A stretch of 64,000 bases of DNA from an uncultured Desulfobacter sp. (GTDB taxonomy: Bacteria; Desulfobacterota; Desulfobacteria; Desulfobacterales; Desulfobacteraceae). Positions 9,479-20,853 of this stretch are shown piece by piece. The translations under genes were made by a program, and so were the position numbers. The notes beneath the pieces are model-generated. The model saw nothing but the letters and a program-made list of their open reading frames with translations, was not told the DNA's origin and ran no database searches. The DNA lies in the NCBI GenBank assembly GCA_963665095.1, contig OY762069.1, positions 576,001-640,000 on the forward strand, read 5' to 3'. Position 1 is the first letter of the stretch; the number at the start of each line of letters is the position of its first letter.

Positions 9479-10480
9479 TTAAGAAAGGACCTCGTTCATT
9501 CGAGCCATGTCTTCCTGTTTGCCGACGGAGACAATAACATCTCCGGCTTCTATGACAGCGTTTGGGCCCGGATTAAAAACCATGCTGTTTGATGATTTTT
9601 TTATCGCAACAATCATGATTCCGAAATCACGTCTTAAATGACTGTTAATAAGGCTTTTCCCAACAAGTTCAGAACCCGGCATCACAGTTGCTTCTTCAAG
9701 CGTTAGACCAAGGGATCCGCTCATCATGGTGCTATCTATAAAATCAACGACAGTTGGCTTTTTTAAAATTTGGGCCATGCGCAACCCTCCCATGTTAAAA
9801 GGACATACCACCCGTGAGGCCCCGGCGCGTATCAATTTTGTTTCATTTTTAGCATCCGAGGCTCGGGAGAGAACAAAAATATCCGGCCGCAAGCCTTTGG
9901 CGGTAAGGGTTATAAAAACATTATCAGAATCGTTTGAAACCACCGTAGCAATTCCCTTAGCACTTTTTAAACCGGCTTGAAGCAAAATATCATCATCAGT
10001 CGCATCCCCTTTGAGATACAGATATTGTTCTTTTTCCAGGATATCAAATCGGTCTAAATCTTTTTCAATGACGACGAATGGAATATTTTCTTCTGCCAGT
10101 TCGGCACAGAGAACTTCTCCGATCCTTCCAAAACCGCAGATAATATAATGATCCACAATCGATGCTATTTTTTTTTCCAACTTTCTTCTCCCCAAGAGTT
10201 CGCGAAGCTCTCCTTCAATGAATATTTTGGCACCCTGTCCCAGGGTATAGGTTAACAGTGAAATCCCTGAAATGATAATAATCACCGTAATGATTCTTCC
10301 TGGTCGTGTCAGGGGCATAATTTCAGAAAATCCAACGGTACTGATGGTAATCAGAGTCATGTAGAAAGAGTCAAACGGTGTCATTCCTTCGATAACTGAG
10401 TAGCTGACTGTTCCGAAAACAACTATTAATAATAGAAGGAGCACTGAAACGCGTAATTTGTCTGATTCCAATCTACCCAT
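9479..10480 (-). CDS. Potassium channel protein (2-TM pore, TrkA-N and TrkA-C)
   Basis: TISTVGFSE pore signature, ICGFGRIG, GDATDD, C-terminal RCK_C. Confidence 0.9.
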   Translation of the reverse strand: MGRLESDKLRVSVLLLLLIVVFGTVSYSVIEGMTPFDSFYMTLITISTVGFSEIMPLTRPGRIITVIIIISGISLLTYTLGQGAKIFIEGELRELLGRRKLEKKIASIVDHYIICGFGRIGEVLCAELAEENIPFVVIEKDLDRFDILEKEQYLYLKGDATDDDILLQAGLKSAKGIATVVSNDSDNVFITLTAKGLRPDIFVLSRASDAKNETKLIRAGASRVVCPFNMGGLRMAQILKKPTVVDFIDSTMMSGSLGLTLEEATVMPGSELVGKSLINSHLRRDFGIMIVAIKKSSNSMVFNPGPNAVIEAGDVIVSVGKQEDMARMNEVLS

Positions 10481-10748
10481 AGTTTCTATACTAAGTCCTC
10501 AACTTTAAGGTTTAAAAATTGGGGGGTTAACAGCTTTGACAGATGCAGATATTCTTTCAGTGCCATAAGTTCGACGGCCCTACGCCTTGAGATGTCCGTG
10601 CCGACCCCCTTCACCGGACAGAACCCGTTAATTCCCCGGTAGGGGCCTTTGGGGGCTTGTTTCAGGCTGTCGAGTTTTCCTGCAGGATCGGAATCCCACA
10701 GGTTTTCCGCACCTGCTGCACTGACGGTGCAACAAGAGATGGATATCA

Positions 10749-11321
10749 TCACTCAGGTTTGCTTGTTCGAAGCGCAAATAAGTTTTGACCTATTCTATAA
10801 ATTGCATAGAGATGTTTATTATCGGTTCCAAGGGCGTAATGGCTTTTCATAAGGCCCTTGAACCCGGTATAGCCCTTGCTTAACCGGACCTCTTCACATG
10901 CTTCATGGATTGAAATTTTTTTGTCGCGCAGATGCTTTTCTTGGACAGGAAGAGATAAGAGCTGTTTGCGGTATATATCAAAATCGGAAAACCCCATCTC
11001 TGAGAGTGCGGATCTTGCAGATAAAAAACCCTTTCCGGAAAAGCCGATCAATAAATCCACGATTTGGGAATAGTATGGAGATTCAGTGAAGGCTGATCTG
11101 TTCTTCATGTAAAAAACCAATAAGGTCAGAATAATTGCCCTGATGATATTTTTTACCTGATCATCCTTTTGGGGTTTTGCTGAATACTCCATCCCTAACT
11201 CAAGAATTATTATAATTGCTTCGGGATCTATGTTGTAAATTTCAAGGGCTTTTTGTTCTGCCTCCTCTTTATTCTCCCTGACCTGCATGGTTGCAAGCCG
11301 GTTTTTTATTTCATGTTTCAT
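10749..11321 (-). CDS. Hypothetical protein
   Basis: ~190-aa ORF filling the gap between co-oriented genes; no motif recognised. Confidence 0.65.
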   Translation of the reverse strand: MKHEIKNRLATMQVRENKEEAEQKALEIYNIDPEAIIIILELGMEYSAKPQKDDQVKNIIRAIILTLLVFYMKNRSAFTESPYYSQIVDLLIGFSGKGFLSARSALSEMGFSDFDIYRKQLLSLPVQEKHLRDKKISIHEACEEVRLSKGYTGFKGLMKSHYALGTDNKHLYAIYRIGQNLFALRTSKPE

Positions 11322-11402
11322 TCCCGCCCTCACATTTAAATTTTATTTGCAGGCTGCTTCAGGTAAAGATTGCGCAACCGCCAGGATACCGCTATCCGCC
11401 GC

Positions 11403-13619
11403 TCATAAGGCTGCATCTGTTTCGTCTGCTGCCAAAGATGTCTGGTGTACCGGAAACAGGAGTGTAAATTTGCAGCCCTTGCCCGGTTTGCTGTCAACGC
11501 GTATGACGCCACCATGGTCCAGAACGGTGCCGTGGACGATGGCAAGTCCCATGCCCGTGCCTTTGCCCACCCCCTTGGTGGTAAAGTAAGGCTCAAAAAT
11601 TCGATCCTGTATGGCCGGGTCAATCCCCGTTCCTGTATCTTCAATGGTTATCCGGACAACGCGGTCTGTCTGATATTTTTCAATGCCGGGAAATCCTGCT
11701 GTTTTCGCATCCACCATTCCAAGACATATGGTCAGGGTGCCGCCGTCGGACTCCATGGCATGGCCGGCATTGGTGCACAGGTTGATGACCGCCTGCTGGA
11801 TCTGCGCGGGGTTGGCCTTTATCTGTACCATGGGTGCCATATACCTGCACTGGATAGTAATGGCAGGGGGCATGGATGCCCGTAGCAATGTGATGGTCTC
11901 TTCCATGAGTTTTGCCGGATCAACCGGGTACTTCTCCAGGTCTGTCTGACGGCTGAAGCTAAGCAGCTGAAGCACCACCTCCTTGGCTCTCAGACAGGCA
12001 GTCTGTATCTTGTTGATCTGCCGGCGGGCCGGCGAATCTTTTGGCAGGTCCATCAGTGTGAGATCCGCGTTACCCAGGATGATCCCCAGAATATTGTTAA
12101 AATCGTGAGCAATGCCCCCGGCCAGGGTTCCCACAGCTTCCATCTTGGCTGCCTGGAAAAGCTTCACCCGCAGGTCCTCCCCTTCCTTCTCTGCTTTTTC
12201 CCGTTGGGTAATATCGGTCAAAGATCCCACAATGGCCACGGTTTGTCCATTCTCAACCACCGGGTTTTCCCTGACTTCCACAGTAATAACTCGTCCCTTT
12301 TTCCCTTTAAGCTCGAGCTCATACGGGGGCTGGCGGACACCGGTGCGGATCGCTTTTTCGGTATGCTGTACCCCTTTGTCATTTATGGGGTTGTCTGTAA
12401 GGAACTCAGTCCAGTCCCTTAAGGCCTCCTGGGGGGAGCACTGGAGATATTCCCGGCACTGGGGGCTGATATAGGTCAGGTGGTGATCAGGCGTGTGTGC
12501 ATAGTACATGTTCGTGGTGTTCTCCAGGATATCCCTGAGTTTTTCCTCACTGTCTCGCAGGGCATTTTCCATGGCTTTTCTCTCAAGGGTCTCTTTTTTC
12601 AGACGCCGGTTCCAGAACAGGACAACACTTAAAATACCAAGGCAGACAAGAAGTATCAGTGAGATATAAAGCAATACATGCCGGGGACTGACACCGTATT
12701 CGTACTTGACGGAGAGCCAGTGGCTGCGGATTTTCATTGCCTGTTGAGGGGATACGGCATCCAGGGCCTTATTGATGATGCTTAAGAGTTCCTTCTGACC
12801 TTTCTGGACCGCCATATACAGTTCATATTTATGGTAGGGTGTGGGGGCGGCTATTTTCAGGTTTGCCAGGCCGTTTTTTTGAATCATATAGGTGGCTGCG
12901 GCCAGGTTTTCAATGGTGGCGTCAGCCTTTCCAAGGGATATGGCCTCAAGCCCCTCTAAAGGGGAGTTTACGAAAACAGAGATAAAGTCAACCCCGTCCC
13001 GGGCAAGCCACTCCAGGGTCAGTATTTTGGGCACCACAGCCAGTTTTTTCCCCTGAAGGTCCTCAATGCCACCGATAAATGGTACGTCCTCCCTGCTGAC
13101 GATTATCAGAGGGAATGCCATATACGCAATAGTATAGTCAAGATAGGTTTCCCGTTCAGGGGTTCTGGCAATGCAGAGGATTAAATCAATGTCGCCTTGG
13201 CGGGTTTTCTCAAGCACATCCGGCCAGGGAAGCTCCGGCCGGACCTGAAGCGCTATGTTTAGCAGTCTGGCTATTTCGGATATATAGTCAGCTGAGATTC
13301 CTTTGAGCTGGCCCTTGTCATAATAGTGGAACGGCGGGAAGGCGCGGGGACCGGCAATGGTAATAACCGGATGGTTGCCAATCCATCTTTGTTCAGCCGG
13401 TGACAGTTGAATTGCGTCAACTGTCCGGGCTTTGGATGATGGGCTTTCGACAATTGGGGGCTCAGATGCCGCAAAGGCTGCTGAAGTGAATCCCACAATG
13501 AGAAACAGCAACCGGCTCAGTAAGGCAGATGGAACAGCCATCCGCTTCAGCCGGTTGACAGTTGTCTGATTTGTTATTTTGTCATACCACAAAGTCTTGC
13601 CACCTGAATTTCCGGCCAA
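11403..13619 (-). CDS. Sensor histidine kinase (periplasmic binding domain, PAS, HisKA, HATPase)
   Basis: AFPPFHY PBP domain, TM, PAS, AGGIAHDFNN, FEPYFTTK..GKGTGMGL; true start may be ATG 13541. Confidence 0.92.
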   Translation of the reverse strand: MAGNSGGKTLWYDKITNQTTVNRLKRMAVPSALLSRLLFLIVGFTSAAFAASEPPIVESPSSKARTVDAIQLSPAEQRWIGNHPVITIAGPRAFPPFHYYDKGQLKGISADYISEIARLLNIALQVRPELPWPDVLEKTRQGDIDLILCIARTPERETYLDYTIAYMAFPLIIVSREDVPFIGGIEDLQGKKLAVVPKILTLEWLARDGVDFISVFVNSPLEGLEAISLGKADATIENLAAATYMIQKNGLANLKIAAPTPYHKYELYMAVQKGQKELLSIINKALDAVSPQQAMKIRSHWLSVKYEYGVSPRHVLLYISLILLVCLGILSVVLFWNRRLKKETLERKAMENALRDSEEKLRDILENTTNMYYAHTPDHHLTYISPQCREYLQCSPQEALRDWTEFLTDNPINDKGVQHTEKAIRTGVRQPPYELELKGKKGRVITVEVRENPVVENGQTVAIVGSLTDITQREKAEKEGEDLRVKLFQAAKMEAVGTLAGGIAHDFNNILGIILGNADLTLMDLPKDSPARRQINKIQTACLRAKEVVLQLLSFSRQTDLEKYPVDPAKLMEETITLLRASMPPAITIQCRYMAPMVQIKANPAQIQQAVINLCTNAGHAMESDGGTLTICLGMVDAKTAGFPGIEKYQTDRVVRITIEDTGTGIDPAIQDRIFEPYFTTKGVGKGTGMGLAIVHGTVLDHGGVIRVDSKPGKGCKFTLLFPVHQTSLAADETDAAL

Positions 13620-13854
13620 GATTGTCCTGGCCAGCCTGCATAATGTAAAAAAAGGGGAACACCTTCATTTTATACCCAAAACAGCTCTGAATATACCCTT
13701 TGCCGGAAATTTTGGAAATTAAAAAAATGCCCTGGAGACAGGCCGGCATCTGAAGCCCACAGCCCTGAAAATTATTTGTTTACATTTTATGCCTGGATGG
13801 GTATCTGTTTGATTTTTATTCATCGGGTACCGGAAATATGATACACCAGAGGGT

Positions 13855-16836
13855 ATGCAGCAGGTAAAAAACGTGAAGAGAATATTGAGAAACAAGCGGG
13901 AGGAGAATAGCGTCCTGGGTTTACCAATGGTACGTGTGCTGAAAATTGTTGTTTTCTTTTTGCTGCTAAGCATGCTGGTCTGTGTTTATGCTGCAGGGCA
14001 GGATAATCTGCTGACACCGGAAGAACTTGCATACATCCGGGCCAAAAAGCGTATCAGCATCGGCATCATCGATAACGAGCCTCCCTATTCGTTCTATTCC
14101 CATGGAAAAATTAACGGGTTTTCCATTGATCTGCTGCATATTCTTGAACAGGAGTCGGGCCTGAAATTTGAATTTATGCCTGGTTCCTGGTTTGATGTGT
14201 ACGCTTCTTTCAAAAAAGGGAATCTGGACGTCATTGATCAGATATCCTTTACTGATGAACGCAGCCAATGGATGCTTTTTACCCCGGCCTACCGGGTCAA
14301 AAAAAATGTCCTTTTTATGCGGACCGGAGATATCCCGTCCCCGTTTCTGGGGATCAAAAGCCTTGAGGGAAAACGGGTCGGCATTATTAAGGATATTTAC
14401 TATGAAGATGCCCTTAGGCAGAGAAGCCGTGTCGAAGTGGTTGAGTATGACGACTATATTTCTTTGATGAAAGCGCTCTCTTTTGGCTGGATTGATGCCG
14501 TGGTATCCAGTGACCTGATCGGGCGTTTCATTGCCCGGGACAATAACCTTTCCGGCCTTGGCCTGGCAGGACCTTTAAATATGGCAGGTATTGAGGAAGA
14601 AGATTACCGGCTTGGTGTCCTGAAAGAGGCAGGCATGCTTCATTCGATTCTTGTAAAAATATTGAATGCCGTCCCGGCACAGCGCCTTGAAAAACTGACG
14701 CAAAAATGGAGTCAGTATCCATATATAGACAATGCTTCCGATCTTTTATTTAACCATGAAGAGGCGGACTTTATTGCAAATCACCCGGTGGTGACCATGG
14801 GGATGCTGTCGGATTTTTCCCCTTTCAGTTTTGTCAGTCAGGGCCGCCAGGTGGGCTATACTGCCTCTCTTCTGGATATCATTTCTGAAAGAACCGGGTT
14901 GAAGTTTTCCTATGTTGTGGATGACTGGCCCAACGTGTTTTATCAGTTTAAAACCGGGCAGCTCGATGCTGTGGCAAATATCTCTTACACCAGAGAGCGG
15001 ACAAAATTTACCCGGTATACAGATGTATACCATATGATTCCCACGGTGGTGTTTGTCCGGAACGATTTCAGAGACTACAAGGATGCCGGAAGTCTGAAAA
15101 ACAGGATTGTGGGGATGACCAAGGATGTGTTTTATAAAAAAGAACTCAAAGCGGTTGTGGGGAGCAGTCTGCGTGAATTTTATGACCATTCGGCCATGAT
15201 GAAGGCACTTTCTTTTGGGGAGCTGGATGCTGTGGTGGCGCCCCTTAATACCGGTACCCACTACATCCGGAAACTGGGGCTGGTTAATCTGACTGTTGCC
15301 GGGGAGTTTATTTGTGAGGGTGGCAAGGCCGAAGACCTGCATTTTGGTATCCGTCCGGATCTGGCTCCCCTGGATGATATCCTGAATAAAGCCTTAAGAT
15401 CCCTGTCCGCGTCTGACTGGCAGATGCTTGAAACCGCATGGCTTTCACCTGAAACCAGCTCTTCAGTGGATAAGATGCTGCGGTTTTCTGAAAAGGAGAC
15501 CGCGTATCTGAAACAAAAGAGAAAACTGGTGCTCTGCATGGCTTCCGACCGGCTGCCCTTTGGTAAAATGGACAGGGATGGCCATTACATTGGCATTGAT
15601 GCTGATTTTTTGGATTTTTTAACCAAAAAGCTGCCTGTTCCCATAACCATTTCAGAGAAAATTAACTGGGCCGGTCTGTTTCAATCTGTCAAAGAGGGTC
15701 AGTGTGATTTTTGCATGGGGGCGATGAAAACACCGAAAAGTCAGCAGGATCTGGATATCACAGATCCTTATCTGGTGATTCCCAATGTCATTGCCACTTC
15801 TGTGAATGCACCGTTCATTGATGACTTTCGAAAGTTCCTGGCGCATCCCATGGGGGTGGTCACCGGATCTGCCATATCTGAAACCCTTAGATCCACGTAC
15901 CCAGACGTGCCACTTGTGACTGTGGAAACTGTTTTGGATGGCATATACAAAGTCCAGCGGGGAGAGCTGTTTGGCTTTATCGGAACCATGACCAGTATTG
16001 GGTATCACCTGCGGCAGGAGAAAATCGTTGATATTAAAATTGCCGGTAAAATGCCCTATGACTGGCAGCCCGGTATCGGCACCCGGAAAGACGAACCCAT
16101 GCTTGGGGAAATATTTCAGAAACTTATCATGTCTGTGTCCGAGCAGGAAAAATCGCGGTTGCTGGATCAATGGCTCAGTGTAAAAGTGGAGCAGAAGTTT
16201 GACTATTCCCCTTTCTGGAAAGTGCTGGGAGGTGTCGTGATTCTGATACTTCTGTCTCTTTTCTGGATACACAAGGTGCGCAAACTCAACCGAAAGCTCA
16301 TTGAAGCCAATCGCGCTTTAAAGGAGCTGAGCCGTACAGACGGTCTTACCGGACTTTTTAACCGCCGTATTTTTGATGAAGAATTTAATCGTGTTTTTAA
16401 TATCTGCAAACGCGGTTCAATCCTTTTTGCCGTTGTCATACTTGACATAGATCATTTCAAACAGATCAATGACACTTATGGCCATCCGGCCGGAGATGAA
16501 TGTCTGAAGCGGTTCAGTGCTGCCCTTACAAAACATTTTCAGCGTATCTCAGACATTGTCTGCCGGTTTGGCGGCGAGGAGTTTGGTATTATCTGCACCG
16601 GCAGAGAGGCCAGGAAGGTGAACGCATATGTCAATAATCTGCGAAAATACATCGAACGTCTCCCTGTTGATTATGACTCAAAGCGCATCTCATTTACTAT
16701 CAGTGCAGGGGTATATGCCGACATCCCTGCTAAAGATGCCAAGCCTGAGACCTATTTGAACATGGCGGATCAGGCCCTTTATGAAGCAAAAAACAGCGGA
16801 CGTAACCGGGTGGTTGATTTTTCCGGTATGTCCTGA
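13855..16836 (+). CDS. Diguanylate cyclase with three periplasmic binding domains
   Basis: PBP repeats (NEPPYSF, DFSPFSF, DRLPFG), TM, DIDHFKQINDTYGH, RISD I-site, GGEEF; true start may be 13927. Confidence 0.93.
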   Translation: MQQVKNVKRILRNKREENSVLGLPMVRVLKIVVFFLLLSMLVCVYAAGQDNLLTPEELAYIRAKKRISIGIIDNEPPYSFYSHGKINGFSIDLLHILEQESGLKFEFMPGSWFDVYASFKKGNLDVIDQISFTDERSQWMLFTPAYRVKKNVLFMRTGDIPSPFLGIKSLEGKRVGIIKDIYYEDALRQRSRVEVVEYDDYISLMKALSFGWIDAVVSSDLIGRFIARDNNLSGLGLAGPLNMAGIEEEDYRLGVLKEAGMLHSILVKILNAVPAQRLEKLTQKWSQYPYIDNASDLLFNHEEADFIANHPVVTMGMLSDFSPFSFVSQGRQVGYTASLLDIISERTGLKFSYVVDDWPNVFYQFKTGQLDAVANISYTRERTKFTRYTDVYHMIPTVVFVRNDFRDYKDAGSLKNRIVGMTKDVFYKKELKAVVGSSLREFYDHSAMMKALSFGELDAVVAPLNTGTHYIRKLGLVNLTVAGEFICEGGKAEDLHFGIRPDLAPLDDILNKALRSLSASDWQMLETAWLSPETSSSVDKMLRFSEKETAYLKQKRKLVLCMASDRLPFGKMDRDGHYIGIDADFLDFLTKKLPVPITISEKINWAGLFQSVKEGQCDFCMGAMKTPKSQQDLDITDPYLVIPNVIATSVNAPFIDDFRKFLAHPMGVVTGSAISETLRSTYPDVPLVTVETVLDGIYKVQRGELFGFIGTMTSIGYHLRQEKIVDIKIAGKMPYDWQPGIGTRKDEPMLGEIFQKLIMSVSEQEKSRLLDQWLSVKVEQKFDYSPFWKVLGGVVILILLSLFWIHKVRKLNRKLIEANRALKELSRTDGLTGLFNRRIFDEEFNRVFNICKRGSILFAVVILDIDHFKQINDTYGHPAGDECLKRFSAALTKHFQRISDIVCRFGGEEFGIICTGREARKVNAYVNNLRKYIERLPVDYDSKRISFTISAGVYADIPAKDAKPETYLNMADQALYEAKNSGRNRVVDFSGMS

Positions 16837-17238
16837 TGGTATCGGCGAATAAGTATATCGTAATTTGGACAGAGGGTTACTGTCGTCAGATGTCTTTTTA
16901 TTTTGCTTGGCCTAGAAGAAAAGTTTTGCTAATATCCCGATATTTGTTGTAGCTGGCAATGGGCGGCATTTTGCCTTGAAAACCAGGAATGACAAGCAAT
17001 AATCCATTATAAAAAAAGGAACAGTCTGCTGAATCGGCGAAAAAGAACGGCGAATTTTTTTTCCTTAAAATTGTGGGTGAGCTGAGGAAATGGTCTGGGC
17101 TCTCCGGCAGAGAAGTACTTTTGACCACGATAAAGAATACTTGCAAAGTTTTCCGGATCCGGGTAATGCTTCCCCTGGTCCTGCAGCTGTGGTGAAACGA
17201 GGCGTTAACTCAATTCAAAAGGAAAGAGGGTATAAATC

Positions 17239-19617
17239 ATGTTCAAAAAATTTAATATCAGAACAAGGCTGATTGGCGGTTTCAGTGCCGTCCTTTTGAT
17301 TACTGTCGCGGTCGGGGGAATAGGGTATGTCTCTTTGAAAAGAGTGATGCATGCATCCCACCATCAGACGGGTATTGCAAACCTTGAAAAGGATTTCAGC
17401 AATCTCCTGGTTGATCAGGAACAATATTTAAGAACTGGTGAAAATGAAGACTTTATTAAAATTCAGGAAGGCGTTGATATCGTGGTCAAGCGGTTTGGCA
17501 GGATTGAATGGGATGCCATAGATGCCTCGGTGCTTGCCGCCTTTGAAAACAGTGCAAAGGAATACATAAGCCTTCTTAATGATCTTAAAAACCGCACAGA
17601 TACAAACAAGGTGCTGCTGAGTGACCTGCAGAATGTATCCGGTCGAATGAGTGCTATTTTTAAGGAGAGCATTGAAAAAGCACAAAAAGATATTCAGCAT
17701 GAGATCCTTGAGGCCAGCCACACCTATTTAAAAGAAAATGCCTATAAAGGAATTAAAAATATTCTCGAGGTCGGGTTGGCTGCAATTCAACACAGTTATA
17801 AAAGTGGCAGGACAAAAGAGGACGCCCTGGATATCCTGCGGCATCTTAAGTTTGACAAGACCAATTACTATTTTGCGGTGGACAGCCGTTATATGCTGCT
17901 TGCCCACGGTGCCAATGCCAAACTTGAGGGGATGGATTTTTCTGTCATCAAAGACAAGAAAACCGGTAAGACCTTTATGGTGGAGCTGGTGGATAATGCC
18001 GTGAAGGACGGGCAATCTTTAACTGAATATTTCTGGACCAAACCGGGGCATGGTGATGCAGTGTTCCCAAAGGTCACGGCAGCCTACTATTATAAACCCT
18101 GGGACGTCGTTATCTGTGCCGGGGTTTACCTGGATGATGTGGATGAGGCCAATGCCCGGATGGATAAAATTGTTTCAAAGGGGATTGGGGATATCAACAG
18201 CCTCAATAGTCTGGATATGGCCATGGTCAATGCCCGGCTGGCAAGTCTGTACCATATGAAATTTAATGCAGGGAAACAAAAAACCCTGGACCTTCTGGGA
18301 CAGGTCGTACAGGCACCCAATGCCCCCAGTGAGTTGAAAAAGTCTGCGTCCGCATATATGGCCAGCTGGGAAAAATATGCTGAGAATCTTGAAAAGGTTC
18401 AGGCCGTTGCAAATGCGGCCACGACCAATGTTGAATCCAGCGTTAAGACAGTGGGAAAGACCGGTAATGCCGTGGGCAAGATGATGGCTGACACGGAAAA
18501 ACAGGCTACATTTATCATTATGGTATTTATTATCGTCGGTATTGCCATCGGGGTTGTCATGGCCTTTATCCTGATCAGCTCCATTCTGGTTCCCATTCAC
18601 CGGACCAATGCCATGATCAAGGATATTGCCCAGGGCGAAGGAGACCTGACCAAACGCCTGGCCGTGGATTCCAAAGATGAGGTGGGAGAGCTTGCCGGAT
18701 GGATAGATATTTTTATTGAACGGCTTCAGAAAATGATCCGGGATATCGGCGCTGGTGTTGAAACCTTGTCAACGGCGTCCGGAAACATGTCCCAGGTGGC
18801 AGACGAAATTTCAGGCAATTCCGATCACACCGCGCATAAGGCCGCCACGGTGGCAGCATCCTCCGAGGAGATGAGCAGCAATCTGAACGGAGTGGCCGCA
18901 GCCTCTGAGCAGGCCACGTCAAATATCCAGACCATTGTGGCTGCCATTGAGCAGATGCGTACCACTATCCAGGAGATTTCAGAGAATATGGTTCGTGGCA
19001 GCACCACCACCCAGAACGCGGTCTCCCAGGCAAGGGAGGTTTCTGGCAAGGTGGATGAACTGGGCAGGGCAGCCGCTGAAATCAACAAGGTGACCGAAAC
19101 CATTGCTGATATTTCAGAACAGACCAACCTTCTGGCCCTGAACGCCACCATTGAGGCGGCAAGGGCCGGAGAAGCCGGCAAGGGCTTTGCCGTTGTGGCA
19201 GGGGAGATTAAGGATCTTGCCCATCAGACCGCCATGGCAACCCATGAGATCAGCTCCCAGATATCAAAGGTCCAGGATTCCACAAGGGAGTCTGTGGCTG
19301 TGATTGAGCAGGTGGTCGGGGTAATTAACGATATCAACGGTATTGTGACTGGAGTGGCTGCAGCCATGGAAGAGCAGTCCTCCGCCACCCTTGAAATTTC
19401 TGAGAATGTGGGACAGGCAGCCAAAGGTATTGCCGACGTCAATGATAATGTCAGTCAGATATCCACTGTGGCCGGCGGGGTCTCCCATGATGTGGCCGAG
19501 GTCAGTCATGCTGCAGAACAGATCAACTCCGGCTCCACCGTGGTAAAGGAAAATGCCGTTTCCATGGACAAACTGGCCGCCACCCTTCAGGAGATGGTGC
19601 ACCGGTTTAAAGTGTGA
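17239..19617 (+). CDS. Methyl-accepting chemotaxis protein (Cache, HAMP)
   Basis: EYFWTKPG Cache, [40 protein letters not shown]. Confidence 0.96.
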   Translation: MFKKFNIRTRLIGGFSAVLLITVAVGGIGYVSLKRVMHASHHQTGIANLEKDFSNLLVDQEQYLRTGENEDFIKIQEGVDIVVKRFGRIEWDAIDASVLAAFENSAKEYISLLNDLKNRTDTNKVLLSDLQNVSGRMSAIFKESIEKAQKDIQHEILEASHTYLKENAYKGIKNILEVGLAAIQHSYKSGRTKEDALDILRHLKFDKTNYYFAVDSRYMLLAHGANAKLEGMDFSVIKDKKTGKTFMVELVDNAVKDGQSLTEYFWTKPGHGDAVFPKVTAAYYYKPWDVVICAGVYLDDVDEANARMDKIVSKGIGDINSLNSLDMAMVNARLASLYHMKFNAGKQKTLDLLGQVVQAPNAPSELKKSASAYMASWEKYAENLEKVQAVANAATTNVESSVKTVGKTGNAVGKMMADTEKQATFIIMVFIIVGIAIGVVMAFILISSILVPIHRTNAMIKDIAQGEGDLTKRLAVDSKDEVGELAGWIDIFIERLQKMIRDIGAGVETLSTASGNMSQVADEISGNSDHTAHKAATVAASSEEMSSNLNGVAAASEQATSNIQTIVAAIEQMRTTIQEISENMVRGSTTTQNAVSQAREVSGKVDELGRAAAEINKVTETIADISEQTNLLALNATIEAARAGEAGKGFAVVAGEIKDLAHQTAMATHEISSQISKVQDSTRESVAVIEQVVGVINDINGIVTGVAAAMEEQSSATLEISENVGQAAKGIADVNDNVSQISTVAGGVSHDVAEVSHAAEQINSGSTVVKENAVSMDKLAATLQEMVHRFKV

Positions 19618-19650
19618 TCATTGGAAGCTGGTGGTTTGGCACAGCATTAC

Positions 19651-19679
19651 TTGCAATACAAAACATCGTATGGTATTAG
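19651..19679 (+). promoter_or_regulatory. Candidate sigma70 promoter of tetR with an operator-like site in its spacer
   Basis: TTGCAA-N17-TATTAG; AAAACATCGTATG at 19660-19672. Confidence 0.5.
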
Positions 19680-19754
19680 GCTCATGACCCAAAAGAGGTC
19701 ATGGGCCTACACTTGTTTTGACTCTTTTCTGTTTTAACATATTGTCTGTATAAC

Positions 19755-20372
19755 ATGGTGAAAATGAAGGACACATCAACAAAGAAAAAACTGGATGCAG
19801 CCACTAAAGCCAAGCTTGAGGAGGTAGTTAAGGCGCTTTTCAGTCAGCAGGATTTCCATCAGGTTCAGATGCGCAGTATTGCAAAGAAAACCGGCATCGG
19901 GCTTAATACCATTTACCTGCATTATGAAAGCAAGGAGCGGCTGCTCTTTTCTTTTATCGGTGACTGGATTCAGGCGCTTGATGACCGGGTGGTTGAGCAT
20001 CTGCAGGGGCTGGAGGACGTAAAGGAAAAGATCCGTAAAATAATCTGGGTCCTCCTTGATTTTTACGACAGAAATCCCGATATAGGCCAGATTCTTTTAT
20101 TTACGGTCCCTTTTAAAACCTGGAGTACGGATAAAACCTTCAGCCACAAGGATCTTTCAAGCCGGATCATTGCCATTTTAAGGGAGGGGCAGGCAAAGGG
20201 CGCCCTGGATACAACCATACCGGCTGAGTTCATGTTTGACGTCCTTTATGGTGTGATCCACCGCTCTGTTTATATCTCCTTTTTTAAAGGTGATCAGGAA
20301 CCGCTGACCTCCCGTATTGATTTGTTCCACAGTGTTTTATGGCGGGCTATCGAAGCCCGGGCCGACCTGTAA
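19755..20372 (+). CDS. TetR/AcrR-family regulator
   Basis: HTH MRSIAKKTGIGLNTIYLHYESKERL; ~200 aa. Confidence 0.93.
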   Translation: MVKMKDTSTKKKLDAATKAKLEEVVKALFSQQDFHQVQMRSIAKKTGIGLNTIYLHYESKERLLFSFIGDWIQALDDRVVEHLQGLEDVKEKIRKIIWVLLDFYDRNPDIGQILLFTVPFKTWSTDKTFSHKDLSSRIIAILREGQAKGALDTTIPAEFMFDVLYGVIHRSVYISFFKGDQEPLTSRIDLFHSVLWRAIEARADL

Positions 20373-20557
20373 GATTTCTGGGGCCTGCGAATTTCGTTTG
20401 CAGGCCTTTTTCTGCATAACACCACTTCTCTTACACCCACCCCGGGTTATTCCCGATAAACATCCCGGTTTTTCTTTATTTGATGGCACGTTGATTTGAT
20501 CATGCGCCTTGTCTGGCGGTTTGGTTTTCTAATCATTAAACCAGAGTTCAACATCTG

Positions 20558-20747
20558 AAAACATCGTTTTTTATGGCGACAACTGGCGCAGCTATGATGC
20601 AGCCTGTTAAATAATGTATTTTAAGAATATATAAGGAATTTCTTGACAAACATAAAACCCTATTATATTGCTAATTAAAAAACATTGTTTTCCATTTATT
20701 TAAAAGGTATTATGCTCATTAAATTATATATTAAAAAACATTATTAT
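20558..20747 (+). promoter_or_regulatory. AT-rich promoter region with candidate TetR operators
   Basis: TTGACA 20643-20648; AAAACATCGTTTT 20558-20570, AAAACATTGTTTT 20679-20691, degenerate copy 20735-20747. Confidence 0.55.
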
Positions 20748-20853
20748 CGATAATGAATATCTGGGTTGCCTGACGGGTCAAGTCAAGTTCCCTTAAACGC
20801 TCTTGACTCAAGGATGCCGGCCAGCGTTACCAATTACATTTAAAGGAGAAATA

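Noticed and set aside
10486..10750. c-di-AMP riboswitch or 88-aa ORF upstream of the K+ channel
   Set aside because: GC-rich hairpins are present but no ydaO-type consensus is recognisable; the ORF has no motif support.
16840..17238. c-di-GMP riboswitch upstream of the MCP
   Set aside because: No GEMM-like two-hairpin consensus found by eye.
19637..19654. sigma54 promoter upstream of tetR
   Set aside because: TGGCAC...TTGC has 13 nt between GG and GC instead of 10.
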